Program-made: the position numbers and the translations under genes
Origin: Alkalispirochaeta sp.
GTDB lineage: Bacteria; Spirochaetota; Spirochaetia; DSM-27196; Alkalispirochaetaceae
Assembly (NCBI GenBank): GCA_965601925.1
Contig: OZ271854.1
Span: 1,568,001 to 1,632,000 of the forward strand
Direction: 5' to 3'
DNA: 64,000 nt
Notes under the pieces: generated by a model
What the model was told of the DNA's origin: nothing
What the model saw: only the letters and a program-made list of their open reading frames with translations
Database searches by the model: none
Shown: positions 53,312-62,765 of the stretch, piece by piece
Numbering within the stretch: position 1 is the first letter of the stretch
How the letters are laid out: each line of letters starts with the position of its first letter

Positions 53312-54382
53312 CTACGCTTCGTTTCGGTTCTTCGACCGAAAGGTTTTTACGACTTTCTCGTAGCGTCGTCGTACGTCGCGTTTTTCGGTGTCGCTGAGAA
53401 ACGATCCTTCGATCGCCGTCACGTTGAGCGCGACAAGATCGTCGACCGACAAATCGAAGTATGCACACGCCTTCATGTAGTCGTCGGTGAGATCGGTGTC
53501 TTGAATCGTCGGATCGTCGGAGTTGATGGTCACCGGAACGCCGTTACGATAGAGTCGGCCTAACGGATGGTTGCGTTCGTCGACCCACGAACCGGTCTGA
53601 TAGTTGGACGTTATACACTGTTCCAGGACGATTCCGTCGTCGATGAGCCGCTTCTGGAGCTCCGGGTCGTCGATACTCGATGTGCCGTGTCCGATACGAG
53701 ACGCGTGGAGCTTGTCGATCGAAGCCCACACCTGGGCGGACGGAGATACCTCGCCGGCGTGTACTGTCGATTTGTACACGCCGTCTTTCTTTATGGTGTC
53801 GAAAAACTCGACGAACTGCTCCGGTGGATACTGCGTCTCGTCTCCGGCCAAGTCAATACCGACGATTTCAGGAATCTCGAGATCGCGGATCGTTCGATAG
53901 AGCTCGATCATCTCAAACTGGTTTTGCTTCGCCCGATTGAAGGTGATGAGATACCGAATCAAGGTACCGTTCTTTTCGGCCGCCTCATTCGCCGCACCGA
54001 TTACCAGGCGCGTAATGTCCATTCGGTCAAAGTCGTTATGGAGCGCAAAGTGCTCCGGAGAGAATCTCAGCTCGATATAAAAGAGACCGTCTTCGACGAA
54101 GTCCAAGACCGAATCGTGGACAATTTCGTACACATCGTCGTGCGAGCGGTACCAATCGTTCTTGAACTTGGAAAGGAACTTGAGGAAATCGGGTTCCGAG
54201 TCGCGCGGAAACTGAACCGCTTTCTTGAACGCATCGAAATCCTCGCTGTAGGGTAACCCGTTCTTGATCGCCATGCGATGGAGTGTCGGAAGCGCGAACG
54301 TTCCCTCCAGATGACGATGGAGCTCGACTTTGGGAAACGTTTTTATGATTGCTTTGTTACTTCGGAGATCGCCAGCCGCCAT
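53312..54382 (-). CDS. add: Adenosine deaminase family protein
   Basis: PKVELHRHLEG, GIDLAGDE, TVHAGE, RIGHG, INSDDP. Confidence 0.88.
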   Translation of the reverse strand: MAAGDLRSNKAIIKTFPKVELHRHLEGTFALPTLHRMAIKNGLPYSEDFDAFKKAVQFPRDSEPDFLKFLSKFKNDWYRSHDDVYEIVHDSVLDFVEDGLFYIELRFSPEHFALHNDFDRMDITRLVIGAANEAAEKNGTLIRYLITFNRAKQNQFEMIELYRTIRDLEIPEIVGIDLAGDETQYPPEQFVEFFDTIKKDGVYKSTVHAGEVSPSAQVWASIDKLHASRIGHGTSSIDDPELQKRLIDDGIVLEQCITSNYQTGSWVDERNHPLGRLYRNGVPVTINSDDPTIQDTDLTDDYMKACAYFDLSVDDLVALNVTAIEGSFLSDTEKRDVRRRYEKVVKTFRSKNRNEA

Positions 54383-54464
54383 AGTACTTACTCTATCTCG
54401 TTTTATGCGCCGCACAAATTCTCTGCACCTTAATTGTCTTTTCGGCGGATAATCGCGAGAGATT

Positions 54465-54509
54465 AAAAAAAACCGAATGCCGGGCCGTAAAACGGCACGA
54501 TATTCGGTT
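54465..54509 (-). terminator. Intrinsic terminator after the ABC operon
   Basis: 18-bp imperfect stem AACCGAAT...ATTCGGTT followed by a T-run on the minus strand. Confidence 0.7.
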
Positions 54510-54535
54510 GTTTGCGGTGGTTTGGGAGATTTCGA

Positions 54536-55270
54536 TCACAGGATATGGTTGAGAAACCGCTTGGTGCGCTCCTCAGCAGGATGGTCGAAGAGCTGATCGG
54601 GGGGCCCCATCTCGACCACTTCGCCGTTGTCCATAAACACGACTTTGTCCGCCGCTGCGCGGGCGAAGCCCATCTCGTGCGAGACGACCAGCATGGTCAT
54701 GCCGTCGGTCGCGAGCTGAAGCATGACATCCAAAACTTCCTTAATCATTTCCGGATCGAGGGCGCTCGTCGGTTCGTCAAATAGCATTACCTTCGGATCC
54801 ATGGCGAGGGCACGCGCAATTGCTACGCGTTGCTGTTGGCCTCCCGACAGTTGATCGGGATAGCTTCTCTCCTTATCCGACAGGCCGACCCGCTCGAGCA
54901 GACTTCGCGCGCGGTTGTAGCACGCCTCTTTGTCGGCCCTTTTTACCTTCCTCGGAGCCAGGGCGATGTTGTTGAGCGTCGTGAGATGCGGGAAGAGGTT
55001 GAAGTTCTGAAACACCATCCCTACTTCCTCGCGAATCTGACGAATGTTCCCTCTCGGATCGGTGACCGAATCGTCGTCGATCCAAATTTCGCCCGCACTC
55101 GCCGTTTCCAACCGATTCACACAGCGCAACAACGTACTCTTGCCGCTTCCCGAGGGGCCGATGATCAGGACGACCTCTCCGGGAGCCACATCGAGCGAAA
55201 CGTTGCGTACGGCTTCGACGTCGCCGAAGCGTTTCCAAACGTTCTTTATTCTGATTCTACTATCTGCCAC
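54536..55270 (-). CDS. Polar amino acid ABC transporter ATPase
   Basis: [35 protein letters not shown]. Confidence 0.95.
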   Translation of the reverse strand: MADSRIRIKNVWKRFGDVEAVRNVSLDVAPGEVVLIIGPSGSGKSTLLRCVNRLETASAGEIWIDDDSVTDPRGNIRQIREEVGMVFQNFNLFPHLTTLNNIALAPRKVKRADKEACYNRARSLLERVGLSDKERSYPDQLSGGQQQRVAIARALAMDPKVMLFDEPTSALDPEMIKEVLDVMLQLATDGMTMLVVSHEMGFARAAADKVVFMDNGEVVEMGPPDQLFDHPAEERTKRFLNHIL

Positions 55271-56066
55271 GGTGTTGAAACCTCTCTTCCATAATCGCCA
55301 CCAGCTTCGAGAAAAAGAGGGTAAATACCAGGTATATCAACGCAACCATAGTATACGCCTCAAAATAAAAAAACGTCGTTGATGCGTATTCGCGGCCGCG
55401 ACGCAACAGATCGCTGACGGCCACGATCGAGACCAGCGAGCTGTCTTTCAGAAGGGCGATGAACTCATTCCCGATGGGCGGGAGAATCATCCGTAGCGTC
55501 TGCGGCAGAATCACGAGTCGAAGCGCCTGTCGGCGGTTCATTCCCAGGGCAAGCGCCGCCTCCATCTGTCCTTTGGGGACCGCCTGGATGCCGGCGCGAA
55601 AAATCTCGCCCATATACGCGCCGTAACAGATCGACATGGCGGTGATCGCCGCGGCGATTCGGTCGAGACTGAGGAAGCGCCCCAGAGCGAAGTAGATATA
55701 AAACAGCTGAACGAGGAGCGGGATACCGCGAATGACCTCGACGTATACCGTGGCGATGCGGTTAATGATCGTAATACGTGAGATACGTCCGATTCCCGTG
55801 ATGAGCCCGATTATCAGCGCAAAAACGATCGAGAGAACCGTCACCTGAAAGGTGCGTAGAATGCCGTCGGGAACAAATAAGAGGATCTCCAGATACGGAT
55901 CCGGTGAAAGGAGCGGCAGAAGCACCAGTAGCGCAAGGGCGCCGAAAAAACTGATGCGCCACGCCGAAAAGACGGAGGCCTCTCCCCTGTCGGGGATCAG
56001 CACTCCGTCGCTAATGGTAATCTGAGTCGCCTTGGGACGACTCGTCTCGCCGTTCAGCGAAGCCAC
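55260..56066 (-). CDS. Polar amino acid ABC transporter permease
   Basis: [17 protein letters not shown] loop [20 protein letters not shown]. Confidence 0.95.
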   Translation of the reverse strand: MASLNGETSRPKATQITISDGVLIPDRGEASVFSAWRISFFGALALLVLLPLLSPDPYLEILLFVPDGILRTFQVTVLSIVFALIIGLITGIGRISRITIINRIATVYVEVIRGIPLLVQLFYIYFALGRFLSLDRIAAAITAMSICYGAYMGEIFRAGIQAVPKGQMEAALALGMNRRQALRLVILPQTLRMILPPIGNEFIALLKDSSLVSIVAVSDLLRRGREYASTTFFYFEAYTMVALIYLVFTLFFSKLVAIMEERFQHRGR

Positions 56067-56812
56067 GTGTTCTCGAGTTCTTCAACGGTCCCATCGTTCA
56101 AAACGACCTCGAGACCCGCGTTGATCAACTCCAGCACGGCCGCGTTGCCCTCTCGGACGGCGACGCCGTAGAACTCCTCGGTAAAGGGTTCGCCGACGAT
56201 TTGCAACACGTCGCGATACGTATCGTTCTGCAGTACGAAGTCGGCGGCGATCGGAGTATCGGCCACCACACCGGCGATGCGGCCTTGGGCGAGATCTTCG
56301 ATTGCGAGGCCCAACTCGTCGTACGTGCGTAGTTCGACGCCGTCAACGGCGTCAATCTCAAACGCGCCGGTCGTGCCGATCTGCGCACCAACCGACTCTC
56401 CCGCAAGATCGCCGAGGGACGTCCATCCGGACGGCGCATCCTGCCGAACGATCAGCACCTGTCCGGCGTTGATATAGGGCGTAGAGAAATCCATCGTCCG
56501 GTCTCGTTCTTCGGTGATCGTTACCGACGAGATAACTGCGTCGTAGTCGCCGTTGGCGAGGCCGGCAAAAATCCCGTCCCACGCCGTGTTTTGAAACACC
56601 ACCTGAAAACCGGCCGCCTCCGCCACCGCATTCATGAGATCGATGTCGAATCCCACGATCTCCTGGTCGGCGTTCACGAACTCCATCGGCGGCCACGTCG
56701 CGTCGGTCGCCACCGTAATCGTGGTGAGGTCGTCACCTTCCGCCTGCCCTCCGGCAAACACGGGAGTCACCATAAGCGCGGCCATTACCGCACACACTAC
56801 TGCGTTTCGCAT
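56054..56812 (-). CDS. Basic/polar amino acid ABC transporter substrate-binding protein
   Basis: DATWPPMEF, GFDIDL, ISSVTITEER, QIGTTG; spirochete-type signal VFAGGQAE. Confidence 0.93.
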   Translation of the reverse strand: MRNAVVCAVMAALMVTPVFAGGQAEGDDLTTITVATDATWPPMEFVNADQEIVGFDIDLMNAVAEAAGFQVVFQNTAWDGIFAGLANGDYDAVISSVTITEERDRTMDFSTPYINAGQVLIVRQDAPSGWTSLGDLAGESVGAQIGTTGAFEIDAVDGVELRTYDELGLAIEDLAQGRIAGVVADTPIAADFVLQNDTYRDVLQIVGEPFTEEFYGVAVREGNAAVLELINAGLEVVLNDGTVEELENTWLR

Positions 56813-56936
56813 ACATTCCTCCTTACATGCGTTGAGTCTTATGAGTTGTAGAAAATATGCGATCCTTGGTCAATCGTCGAATATTTATTCGTCGTGACAG
56901 TTATGGAACCTTTCGCTATACTGACTCGGAAAAACG

Positions 56937-57710
56937 ATGGCAAATGTGATCACCTTTGCAAACCAAAAAGGCGGTGTCGGTAAGACGACCACCGCCTCCA
57001 ACCTGGGCGCGTCCCTGGCGGAAGCCGGGTACACGGTGCTCCTGATCGACTTCGACTCCCAAGGGAATCTCTCCTCCAGCGTCGGGGCCGAGCGCGATCA
57101 TCCCGGTATCTATCAGGTGCTTGCCGGCGAGACCGAGGTGGATCGGGTCGTACAAGCCACGCCGCAGGAACGGTTATCCATCATCTCCGGCGGTGCCGAT
57201 CTGACGGGGGCAGGCGTCGAGTTGGTCAATCAGGAGGAGCGAGAGTTTTTTCTGCGCGAGGCGATCACCCCCATGCGCGATACGTACGATTTCATCTTCA
57301 TCGACAGCCCACCGAGTCTCGGGCTGCTGACGCTCAACGCCCTCGTAGCCGCCGATAACGTCGTTATTCCGCTCCAGACCGAATACTTTGCTCTTGAGGG
57401 GCTCACGCAACTTCTCCAGAACATTAAGCGTGTACAAACGACATTTAACGAGTCTTTGGAACTTTTTGGAATTCTTTTTACCATGTACGATTCTCGTACG
57501 CGGCTCGCGAACGATGTCGTACAGGAAGTAATCGGGTACTTCGGTAAACGGGTATTTCGCACGATCATCCCCCGCAATATTCGCCTCTCGGAGGCGCCCT
57601 CTCACGGTCTGCCCGTCAACCTGTACGATCCGGAGTGTGTCGGCGCGCGAAGTTATCGGAAGCTCGCCGAGGAGGTTGTGCAACGTGTCCAAGCAGCGGC
57701 GACTCGGTAA
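56937..57710 (+). CDS. parA: Chromosome partitioning ATPase ParA/Soj
   Basis: NQKGGVGKTTT, IDSPPSLGLLTLNAL, IPRNIRLSEAPSHG. Confidence 0.96.
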   Translation: MANVITFANQKGGVGKTTTASNLGASLAEAGYTVLLIDFDSQGNLSSSVGAERDHPGIYQVLAGETEVDRVVQATPQERLSIISGGADLTGAGVELVNQEEREFFLREAITPMRDTYDFIFIDSPPSLGLLTLNALVAADNVVIPLQTEYFALEGLTQLLQNIKRVQTTFNESLELFGILFTMYDSRTRLANDVVQEVIGYFGKRVFRTIIPRNIRLSEAPSHGLPVNLYDPECVGARSYRKLAEEVVQRVQAAATR

Positions 57711-58689
57711 AGGGATCGACGCGCTCCTGCAGGGGCGCGACCTCACGCAGCTCGAAAACGGTGATCTCAACTCGATCGTAAACCTACCCATCGATAGGCT
57801 TGCGCCCAACCCCGATCAGCCGCGCAAGGTCTTTACCCCTGAATCCCTCGCGGAGCTCGCCCGGTCGATCGAGGAGCGGGGCATCATTCAACCCATCCTG
57901 GCCGAGCAGCAGTCGGACGGCGACTATTTGATTATCGCCGGCGAGCGGCGGTATCGTGCGGCGAAGCTGGCCGGCCTCACCGTCGTTCCGATACTCCCCG
58001 GCGTCTTCTCCGACGACGAAAAGCTTGAGATTGCCCTTGTCGAGAACATTCAGCGCCAGGATCTGACGCCGATCGAGGAGGCGAGGGCGTATCGCGATCT
58101 CATGGAGCGTTCGGGGAGCAGCCAAGAAGAGCTGGCGCGGCGGTTGGGAAAGAGCCGTCCGGCGGTGGCCAACAGTCTGCGTCTGCTCCGCCTACCTGAG
58201 GCGGTCCAGAAACGAGTGAACCTGGGCGCGCTATCGGGGGGCCACGCCCGCACGCTTCTTTCTATCGAAGACGCGAGCCGCATCGATGAGGTGGCCGCCT
58301 TCGTCGCGAAAGAAGGGCTTTCGGTGCGCGTGGTCGAGCGACTGATTCCATTCATAAACGAAGGTCGAAAGCCCGCGCAAGCGTTGGAGGCCGTGCACGG
58401 ACAGAGCGGCACCGTATCGTCCGATACTGCGACCGTGTCGTATGAGCCGACGCACACCGGTTCCGCTCACCCCAATTCGGCCGACCATACCTCGCTGGTC
58501 GGTGCGCCCGCCGCGACAAGCGCTTCTCGCAAGACGGTCGAGATGGAGCAGATCGAGCAGCAGCTCATCGAGCGTTTGGGAACGCGCGTCGTTCTCAGCG
58601 GTACCAACCACCGTGGTAAGATCGAGATTGCGTACCTCTCCATGGACGACTTGGAACGTCTCGCCGAAATTCTCGTCTCCGACGTGTAG
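57685..58689 (+). CDS. parB: Chromosome partitioning protein ParB
   Basis: LGKGIDALL, NPDQPRK, IAGERRYRAA, ENIQRQDL, HTH, GHAR. GTG at 57685 with GGAGG RBS. Confidence 0.96.
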   Translation: MSKQRRLGKGIDALLQGRDLTQLENGDLNSIVNLPIDRLAPNPDQPRKVFTPESLAELARSIEERGIIQPILAEQQSDGDYLIIAGERRYRAAKLAGLTVVPILPGVFSDDEKLEIALVENIQRQDLTPIEEARAYRDLMERSGSSQEELARRLGKSRPAVANSLRLLRLPEAVQKRVNLGALSGGHARTLLSIEDASRIDEVAAFVAKEGLSVRVVERLIPFINEGRKPAQALEAVHGQSGTVSSDTATVSYEPTHTGSAHPNSADHTSLVGAPAATSASRKTVEMEQIEQQLIERLGTRVVLSGTNHRGKIEIAYLSMDDLERLAEILVSDV

Positions 58690-58703
58690 CCGCCTTACTG
58701 CGT

Positions 58704-59369
58704 TCATCTAACCGGCATATCGTAGATGTTCGGTCCCCGCGTCGTTCTCTCCGATCGTCGACCGCTCACGTATGGATTATCGGCGACGACAAAACGCCAT
58801 AACTTGGCCGTCTCTCGGCTGATACCGATGCGCCGCGTGGCGATGGTTCGGCTGCCGACGTCGGTGTCCGACTCGGTCCACCGGCGAAGCGTGAGGTGCG
58901 ATGTGCCGTCGAGCCTCGTGCCGTTGTCCTCGCCGGTGATCCCCAGCGCCTGGCAGAGTTTGCCCGGGCCGTTGGTAAGTGCTTGAGAACTCTCGCGTAT
59001 ACCGCGTCGTACGACCATTGTCGCCGTTCCCCATATCGGTTCTATGGCGCGTACGAGAACCGCCTCGCCGATGCCTTCCGGTGCGGTTACGACGTTGACG
59101 CACCAATGCACGCCGTAGGATCGATAGACGTACGCGTGGCCCGCCTCGAGGAACATCGCCGCGTTACGGTCCGTCCTGCCCGACCGCGAATGGCTGGCCG
59201 CATCGTTTGAGAGGTACGCCTCCGTTTCCACGATACGCCCGCCGGCGTACCGACCCTCCCCGTCGCGGCGTATGAGACAACATCCGAGAAGCCGTTGCGC
59301 GACGACGCGCGTATCTGCATCGAACGCGGCGGGAGAGAGCGCCTCCAAGCGCGTGGGATCGTTCATCAT
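58704..59369 (-). CDS. mpg: DNA-3-methyladenine glycosylase (AAG/MPG type)
   Basis: IVETEAY, YVYRSYGVH, AVLVRAIEP, NGPGKLCQALGI, RIGIS. Confidence 0.93.
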   Translation of the reverse strand: MMNDPTRLEALSPAAFDADTRVVAQRLLGCCLIRRDGEGRYAGGRIVETEAYLSNDAASHSRSGRTDRNAAMFLEAGHAYVYRSYGVHWCVNVVTAPEGIGEAVLVRAIEPIWGTATMVVRRGIRESSQALTNGPGKLCQALGITGEDNGTRLDGTSHLTLRRWTESDTDVGSRTIATRRIGISRETAKLWRFVVADNPYVSGRRSERTTRGPNIYDMPVR

Positions 59370-59404
59370 TGCCCCGAGGGTACCACGCGTATTACAGTCC
59401 CGCT

Positions 59405-60457
59405 ATGGTATTGCACGACCTCGTCCCGAGGCTTCCGATAGCGGCCTACGGTATCGATATTCCCATTACCGGTTCCAACGAGGAACGAACGCTCGACTAT
59501 CTTCTCAGTCGAGACGATATCGCGATCAGAAGGGAGGCGTGGCTTCGACAAGAACGACTGACACCGCTCACTCGCGAGGCGATCGTTCGGGTGCACGAGA
59601 CGGGCTACACCGATCGTCTGCTGGCGGAACCGGGACGCCCATCGCAATCGGGAGTACCGATCGGAATGAGTGAGCTGGAAATCATGCGGACGTTCGAGCT
59701 ACTCAACCCCGACGGCAGTTACCACCGCTATTCACCGGACGCGGCCGAGTGTTCGCTATGCGAGCTTCGTGACCAAAGTCTACGCCACGCCGCCGGCACT
59801 ACGCGCGGCGCCGAGCTCTCCCTCGACGACGGCGATGGATTCTGTTTTTACTTCGGCGGAGGAATGCACCACGGACAGTACGACTTCGGCGAGGGGTTTT
59901 GTCCCGTCAACGACCTGGTGATCGCCGTCCGTTCTCTACAAGCTCAGGGACGCATCAAAACGGCGTGGATCATCGACGTAGACGCCCACAAGGGCGACGG
60001 TACGGCCGCGCTCACGCACAACGACGAGACGATTCGGACGCTCAGCATCCATATGGCGCGAGGATGGCCCCTCGACCAGCCGCGCGCAATGCCCGACGGT
60101 CGGCCCAATCCGTGCCACACTCCAAGTGATATCGACGTGCCGATTGAGGAGGGGGAGGAGAGTACGTACCTACCGCGCCTCAAAGAGGCAATGGAGGAAC
60201 TCGAGCGGCGCTATGCGCTGCCCGACTTTCTGCTCGTCGTTGACGGCGCCGACCCCTACGAGCGCGACCAACTACCTTCAACGACCCTTCTGAAGATGAG
60301 TCGCGACCAACTCCTCGAGCGCGACACGATGCTGTACCGATGGTTTCGCGACAGAAGCATACCCGCTCTGTTCGTGATGGCGGGAAACTACGGCTATTAC
60401 TCTTGGGAAATCTATTCGCAGTTTTTGGAACGTCAGGTCGCGGGACGTCTCGACTGA
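59405..60457 (+). CDS. Histone deacetylase-family Zn hydrolase (divergent)
   Basis: GGGMHH, GEGFC, DVDAHKGDGT, SIH, GADP. Confidence 0.85.
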   Translation: MVLHDLVPRLPIAAYGIDIPITGSNEERTLDYLLSRDDIAIRREAWLRQERLTPLTREAIVRVHETGYTDRLLAEPGRPSQSGVPIGMSELEIMRTFELLNPDGSYHRYSPDAAECSLCELRDQSLRHAAGTTRGAELSLDDGDGFCFYFGGGMHHGQYDFGEGFCPVNDLVIAVRSLQAQGRIKTAWIIDVDAHKGDGTAALTHNDETIRTLSIHMARGWPLDQPRAMPDGRPNPCHTPSDIDVPIEEGEESTYLPRLKEAMEELERRYALPDFLLVVDGADPYERDQLPSTTLLKMSRDQLLERDTMLYRWFRDRSIPALFVMAGNYGYYSWEIYSQFLERQVAGRLD

Positions 60458-60510
60458 ACGGCGGTCGTATACGGTTCCGGGCACGTTACCTATTCGCCGC
60501 GTAGTCATGT

Positions 60511-60933
60511 TCACCCTTCCCACGCCTCGAACAGTCGTCGGAGCTCGTTCGGGACACGCACGGGACGGCCGGTTTCCAGGCCCGCAAATACCCCCTCCTG
60601 AATGACGTCCGCGCATACTTCGTCGTGTACCGAAATGTGCGACGCGAGGATCACCCGCGCCGACCCGACGCTCTGGACCCACATCCGCCCTACCACCGGC
60701 TCAAACAGGCGGATGGCGCGACGATACTGGATGTTGGTACGAACGAGAATCGGCGCATAGCCCTCCTCTAACTGCGGCTTGAGCGGCAGATACTCCTCGA
60801 GCAGTGCGAGGCGAAGATCTTCGAGCCATCGAATATAGACGATATTGCTGACGTGGCCGGCAAAGTCGATATCGTAGGTCTTTACTTCAAACGACCGCTC
60901 CACCGATAGGGGCCGTTGTTGCTTGTCGGTCAT
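60511..60933 (-). CDS. Acyl-CoA thioesterase (4HBT/YbgC family)
   Basis: YDIDFAGHVSNIVYIRWLEDLR. Confidence 0.9.
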   Translation of the reverse strand: MTDKQQRPLSVERSFEVKTYDIDFAGHVSNIVYIRWLEDLRLALLEEYLPLKPQLEEGYAPILVRTNIQYRRAIRLFEPVVGRMWVQSVGSARVILASHISVHDEVCADVIQEGVFAGLETGRPVRVPNELRRLFEAWEG

Positions 60934-60957
60934 GACCTTATTTATAGTCTCGATTTA

Positions 60958-60986
60958 TTGACAAGGCAATGAGCGCTCGATAGAGT
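60958..60986 (+). promoter_or_regulatory. Putative sigma70 promoter of the tRNA-Ser-Ser-Arg operon
   Basis: TTGACA-17 bp-TAGAGT followed by a GC-rich discriminator. Confidence 0.7.
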
Positions 60987-60998
60987 AGCAGCCACACT

Positions 60999-61085
60999 GG
61001 AGAGATGTCCGAGTGGTTTAAGGAGGCGGTCTTGAAAACCGTTGTGCCTTTGCTGGTACCGTGGGTTCGAATCCCACTCTCTCCG
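60999..61085 (+). tRNA. tRNA-Ser(TGA)
   Basis: Acceptor GGAGAGA/TCTCTCC, anticodon loop CT-TGA-AA, long variable arm, GTTCGAATC; no encoded CCA. Confidence 0.96.
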
Positions 61086-61159
61086 TGGAAGCGGTACTGA
61101 ACGCATTCTCGCATTCACGGCGATGATGCAAGTGAGGTGACGCGGGACATGCAGAATTG

Positions 61160-61246
61160 GGAGAGGTGCGAGAGTGGTTGAATCGGGCTCCCTGCTAAGG
61201 AGTTGTGCTCTTACGGGTACCGAGGGTTCGAATCCCTCCCTCTCCG
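61160..61246 (+). tRNA. tRNA-Ser(GCT)
   Basis: Acceptor GGAGAGG/CCTCTCC, loop CT-GCT-AA, long variable arm. Confidence 0.96.
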
Positions 61247-61299
61247 CGAGTGCGTGATACGCATTCGGCGTATCATCGGCGATTCGGCCGATACCATAT

Positions 61300-61373
61300 G
61301 TGCCTATAGCTCAGTTGGATAGAGCGTTAGATTGCGGATCTAAAGGTCGGTGGTTCGAGTCCACTTAGGCACG
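61300..61373 (+). tRNA. tRNA-Arg(GCG)
   Basis: Acceptor GTGCCTA/TAGGCAC, anticodon stem TTAGA/TCTAA, loop TT-GCG-GA, GGTTCGAGTCC. Confidence 0.94.
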
Positions 61374-61614
61374 TTAGAGCCTACGGTTTCTTAAAAAGGA
61401 GCTGTAGGCATTTTTTTTTGCGTGGACTCGAAACGGAGGTGCGGCGCGAAAACCTGGAGCGCAACGCGACAGGATGTCGCGTTAGCACCGGAGGCGGCCC
61501 GGAGGGAGTCGGTAGGAGGCCGAAGACCGTAGGGCGAGTCCACTTAGGCACGTTAGAGCCTACGGTTTCTTAAAAAGGAGCTGTAGGCATTTTTTTTGCG
61601 TGGACTCGAAACGG
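61356..61614 (+). repeat. tRNA-Arg-linked direct repeat (81/80 bp copies at 61356-61436 and 61535-61614)
   Basis: The copies are identical except for T9 vs T8. Each copy = tRNA 3' end + terminator + antisense T-arm GTGGACTCGAA. Confidence 0.92.
61379..61419 (+). terminator. Intrinsic terminator after tRNA-Arg (duplicated at ~61558-61597)
   Basis: Stem GCCTACGGTTTCTT/AAGGAGCTGTAGGC then T9. Confidence 0.85.
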
Positions 61615-61753
61615 CGTTACGGCGTGAATCCCGGAGGTACTGCACGAGTTATCCACAATACAATGCGACGGGATGTTACATATTCATCGTATTCTCACCG
61701 TGAATGTATTAGACTTCTTCTCAGCACTCAGAAGTCCAAGAGGAGGATGTATC

Positions 61754-62140
61754 GTGAAGCGAGCGATGAAGATTCTGGCGGTTGCGGTAGCAATCATGGC
61801 GGTCGGGGCGTGTACTACCTTTCAGCTCTCAGGGATTCACATCGTCGAGGATATGCCCAGCATGTCGCCGATCGGCGATTTTGAGACCACCATAAAGGTC
61901 CATGAGTTTGTCGGGGCTTCAGGAGGTGCGAATCTGTTTAACGTCACTGCCGATACGATGGACAATGAGATCTACGACGCCATTCGTCGTGAAGTACAGC
62001 GTCGGTCCGGCGACGCAGCGATCAATGTCACGGTGCGCTACGAGGCGAGCTTCGTTGATCTTCTCCTCAACGGATTATCCTTTAATTTGTATGCACCCGC
62101 TACGGCAGTGATCTCCGGTACCGTCGTTAGTTTCAACTGA
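61754..62140 (+). CDS. Small lipoprotein, paralogue A
   Basis: AGGAGG RBS, GTG start, signal peptide ending VGA-C; similar to 62379-62765. Confidence 0.8.
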   Translation: MKRAMKILAVAVAIMAVGACTTFQLSGIHIVEDMPSMSPIGDFETTIKVHEFVGASGGANLFNVTADTMDNEIYDAIRREVQRRSGDAAINVTVRYEASFVDLLLNGLSFNLYAPATAVISGTVVSFN

Positions 62141-62378
62141 AGTATCATATTTCAAACTGTTCCGCCGGTTCCATCACTACGGAACCGGCACTCGATTCCT
62201 CTAATGATTTCTCCGTCTGCGCGGCTTGTTTAGCTGAATGGCTTTCTTTTATATATGGTAGCCGTTTGTACTCTACTTATTAATAGCAACAATTTTATCA
62301 TATTTGTTGTAATTCATCGCCATATGGAATACGCTGCAATTAACGCTCAATTTCACAAGCACAAGAAAGGAGTTTCGA

Positions 62379-62765
62379 ATGAAGAAAGCGTTAAAGATTC
62401 TTGCGATTGCGATCGCGGCGGTGTCGGTCGGTGCGTGTACCACGTTTCAACTCTCCGGTGTAAGTGTCGTCGGCGACATGCCCGGTGTGGAAGTGGTCGG
62501 CGATTTTGAGACGACGGTCAATGTGACCGAGTGGCTGGGCTCTTCCGGTGGCTCGAACCTGTTCAACGTCACCTCCGACGCTATGGATAACGCGATCTAC
62601 GATGCTATCCAGCGAGAGGTTTCGCAGATGTCCGGCGATGCCGCAATCAATGTGGATATTCGCTACGAGGCGACCTTTATCAACATCCTGCTTAATGGTC
62701 TTACCGGTAACATCTACGCTCCCGCTACTGCGTTTATTTCCGGCACCGTTGTTCGATACAACTAA
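62379..62765 (+). CDS. Small lipoprotein, paralogue B
   Basis: AAGGAG RBS, MKKALK..VGA-C lipobox; shares CTTFQLSG, GDFETT, NLFNVT, SGDAAINV, YAPATA, ISGTVV with paralogue A. Confidence 0.82.
   Translation: MKKALKILAIAIAAVSVGACTTFQLSGVSVVGDMPGVEVVGDFETTVNVTEWLGSSGGSNLFNVTSDAMDNAIYDAIQREVSQMSGDAAINVDIRYEATFINILLNGLTGNIYAPATAFISGTVVRYN

Noticed and set aside
61356..61614. Direct repeat read as a CRISPR array or prophage attL/attR
   Set aside because: Only two ~80-bp copies derived from a tRNA end and terminator, with no cas genes. No integrase or cargo lies between the copies. Kept as a tRNA-linked repeat finding.
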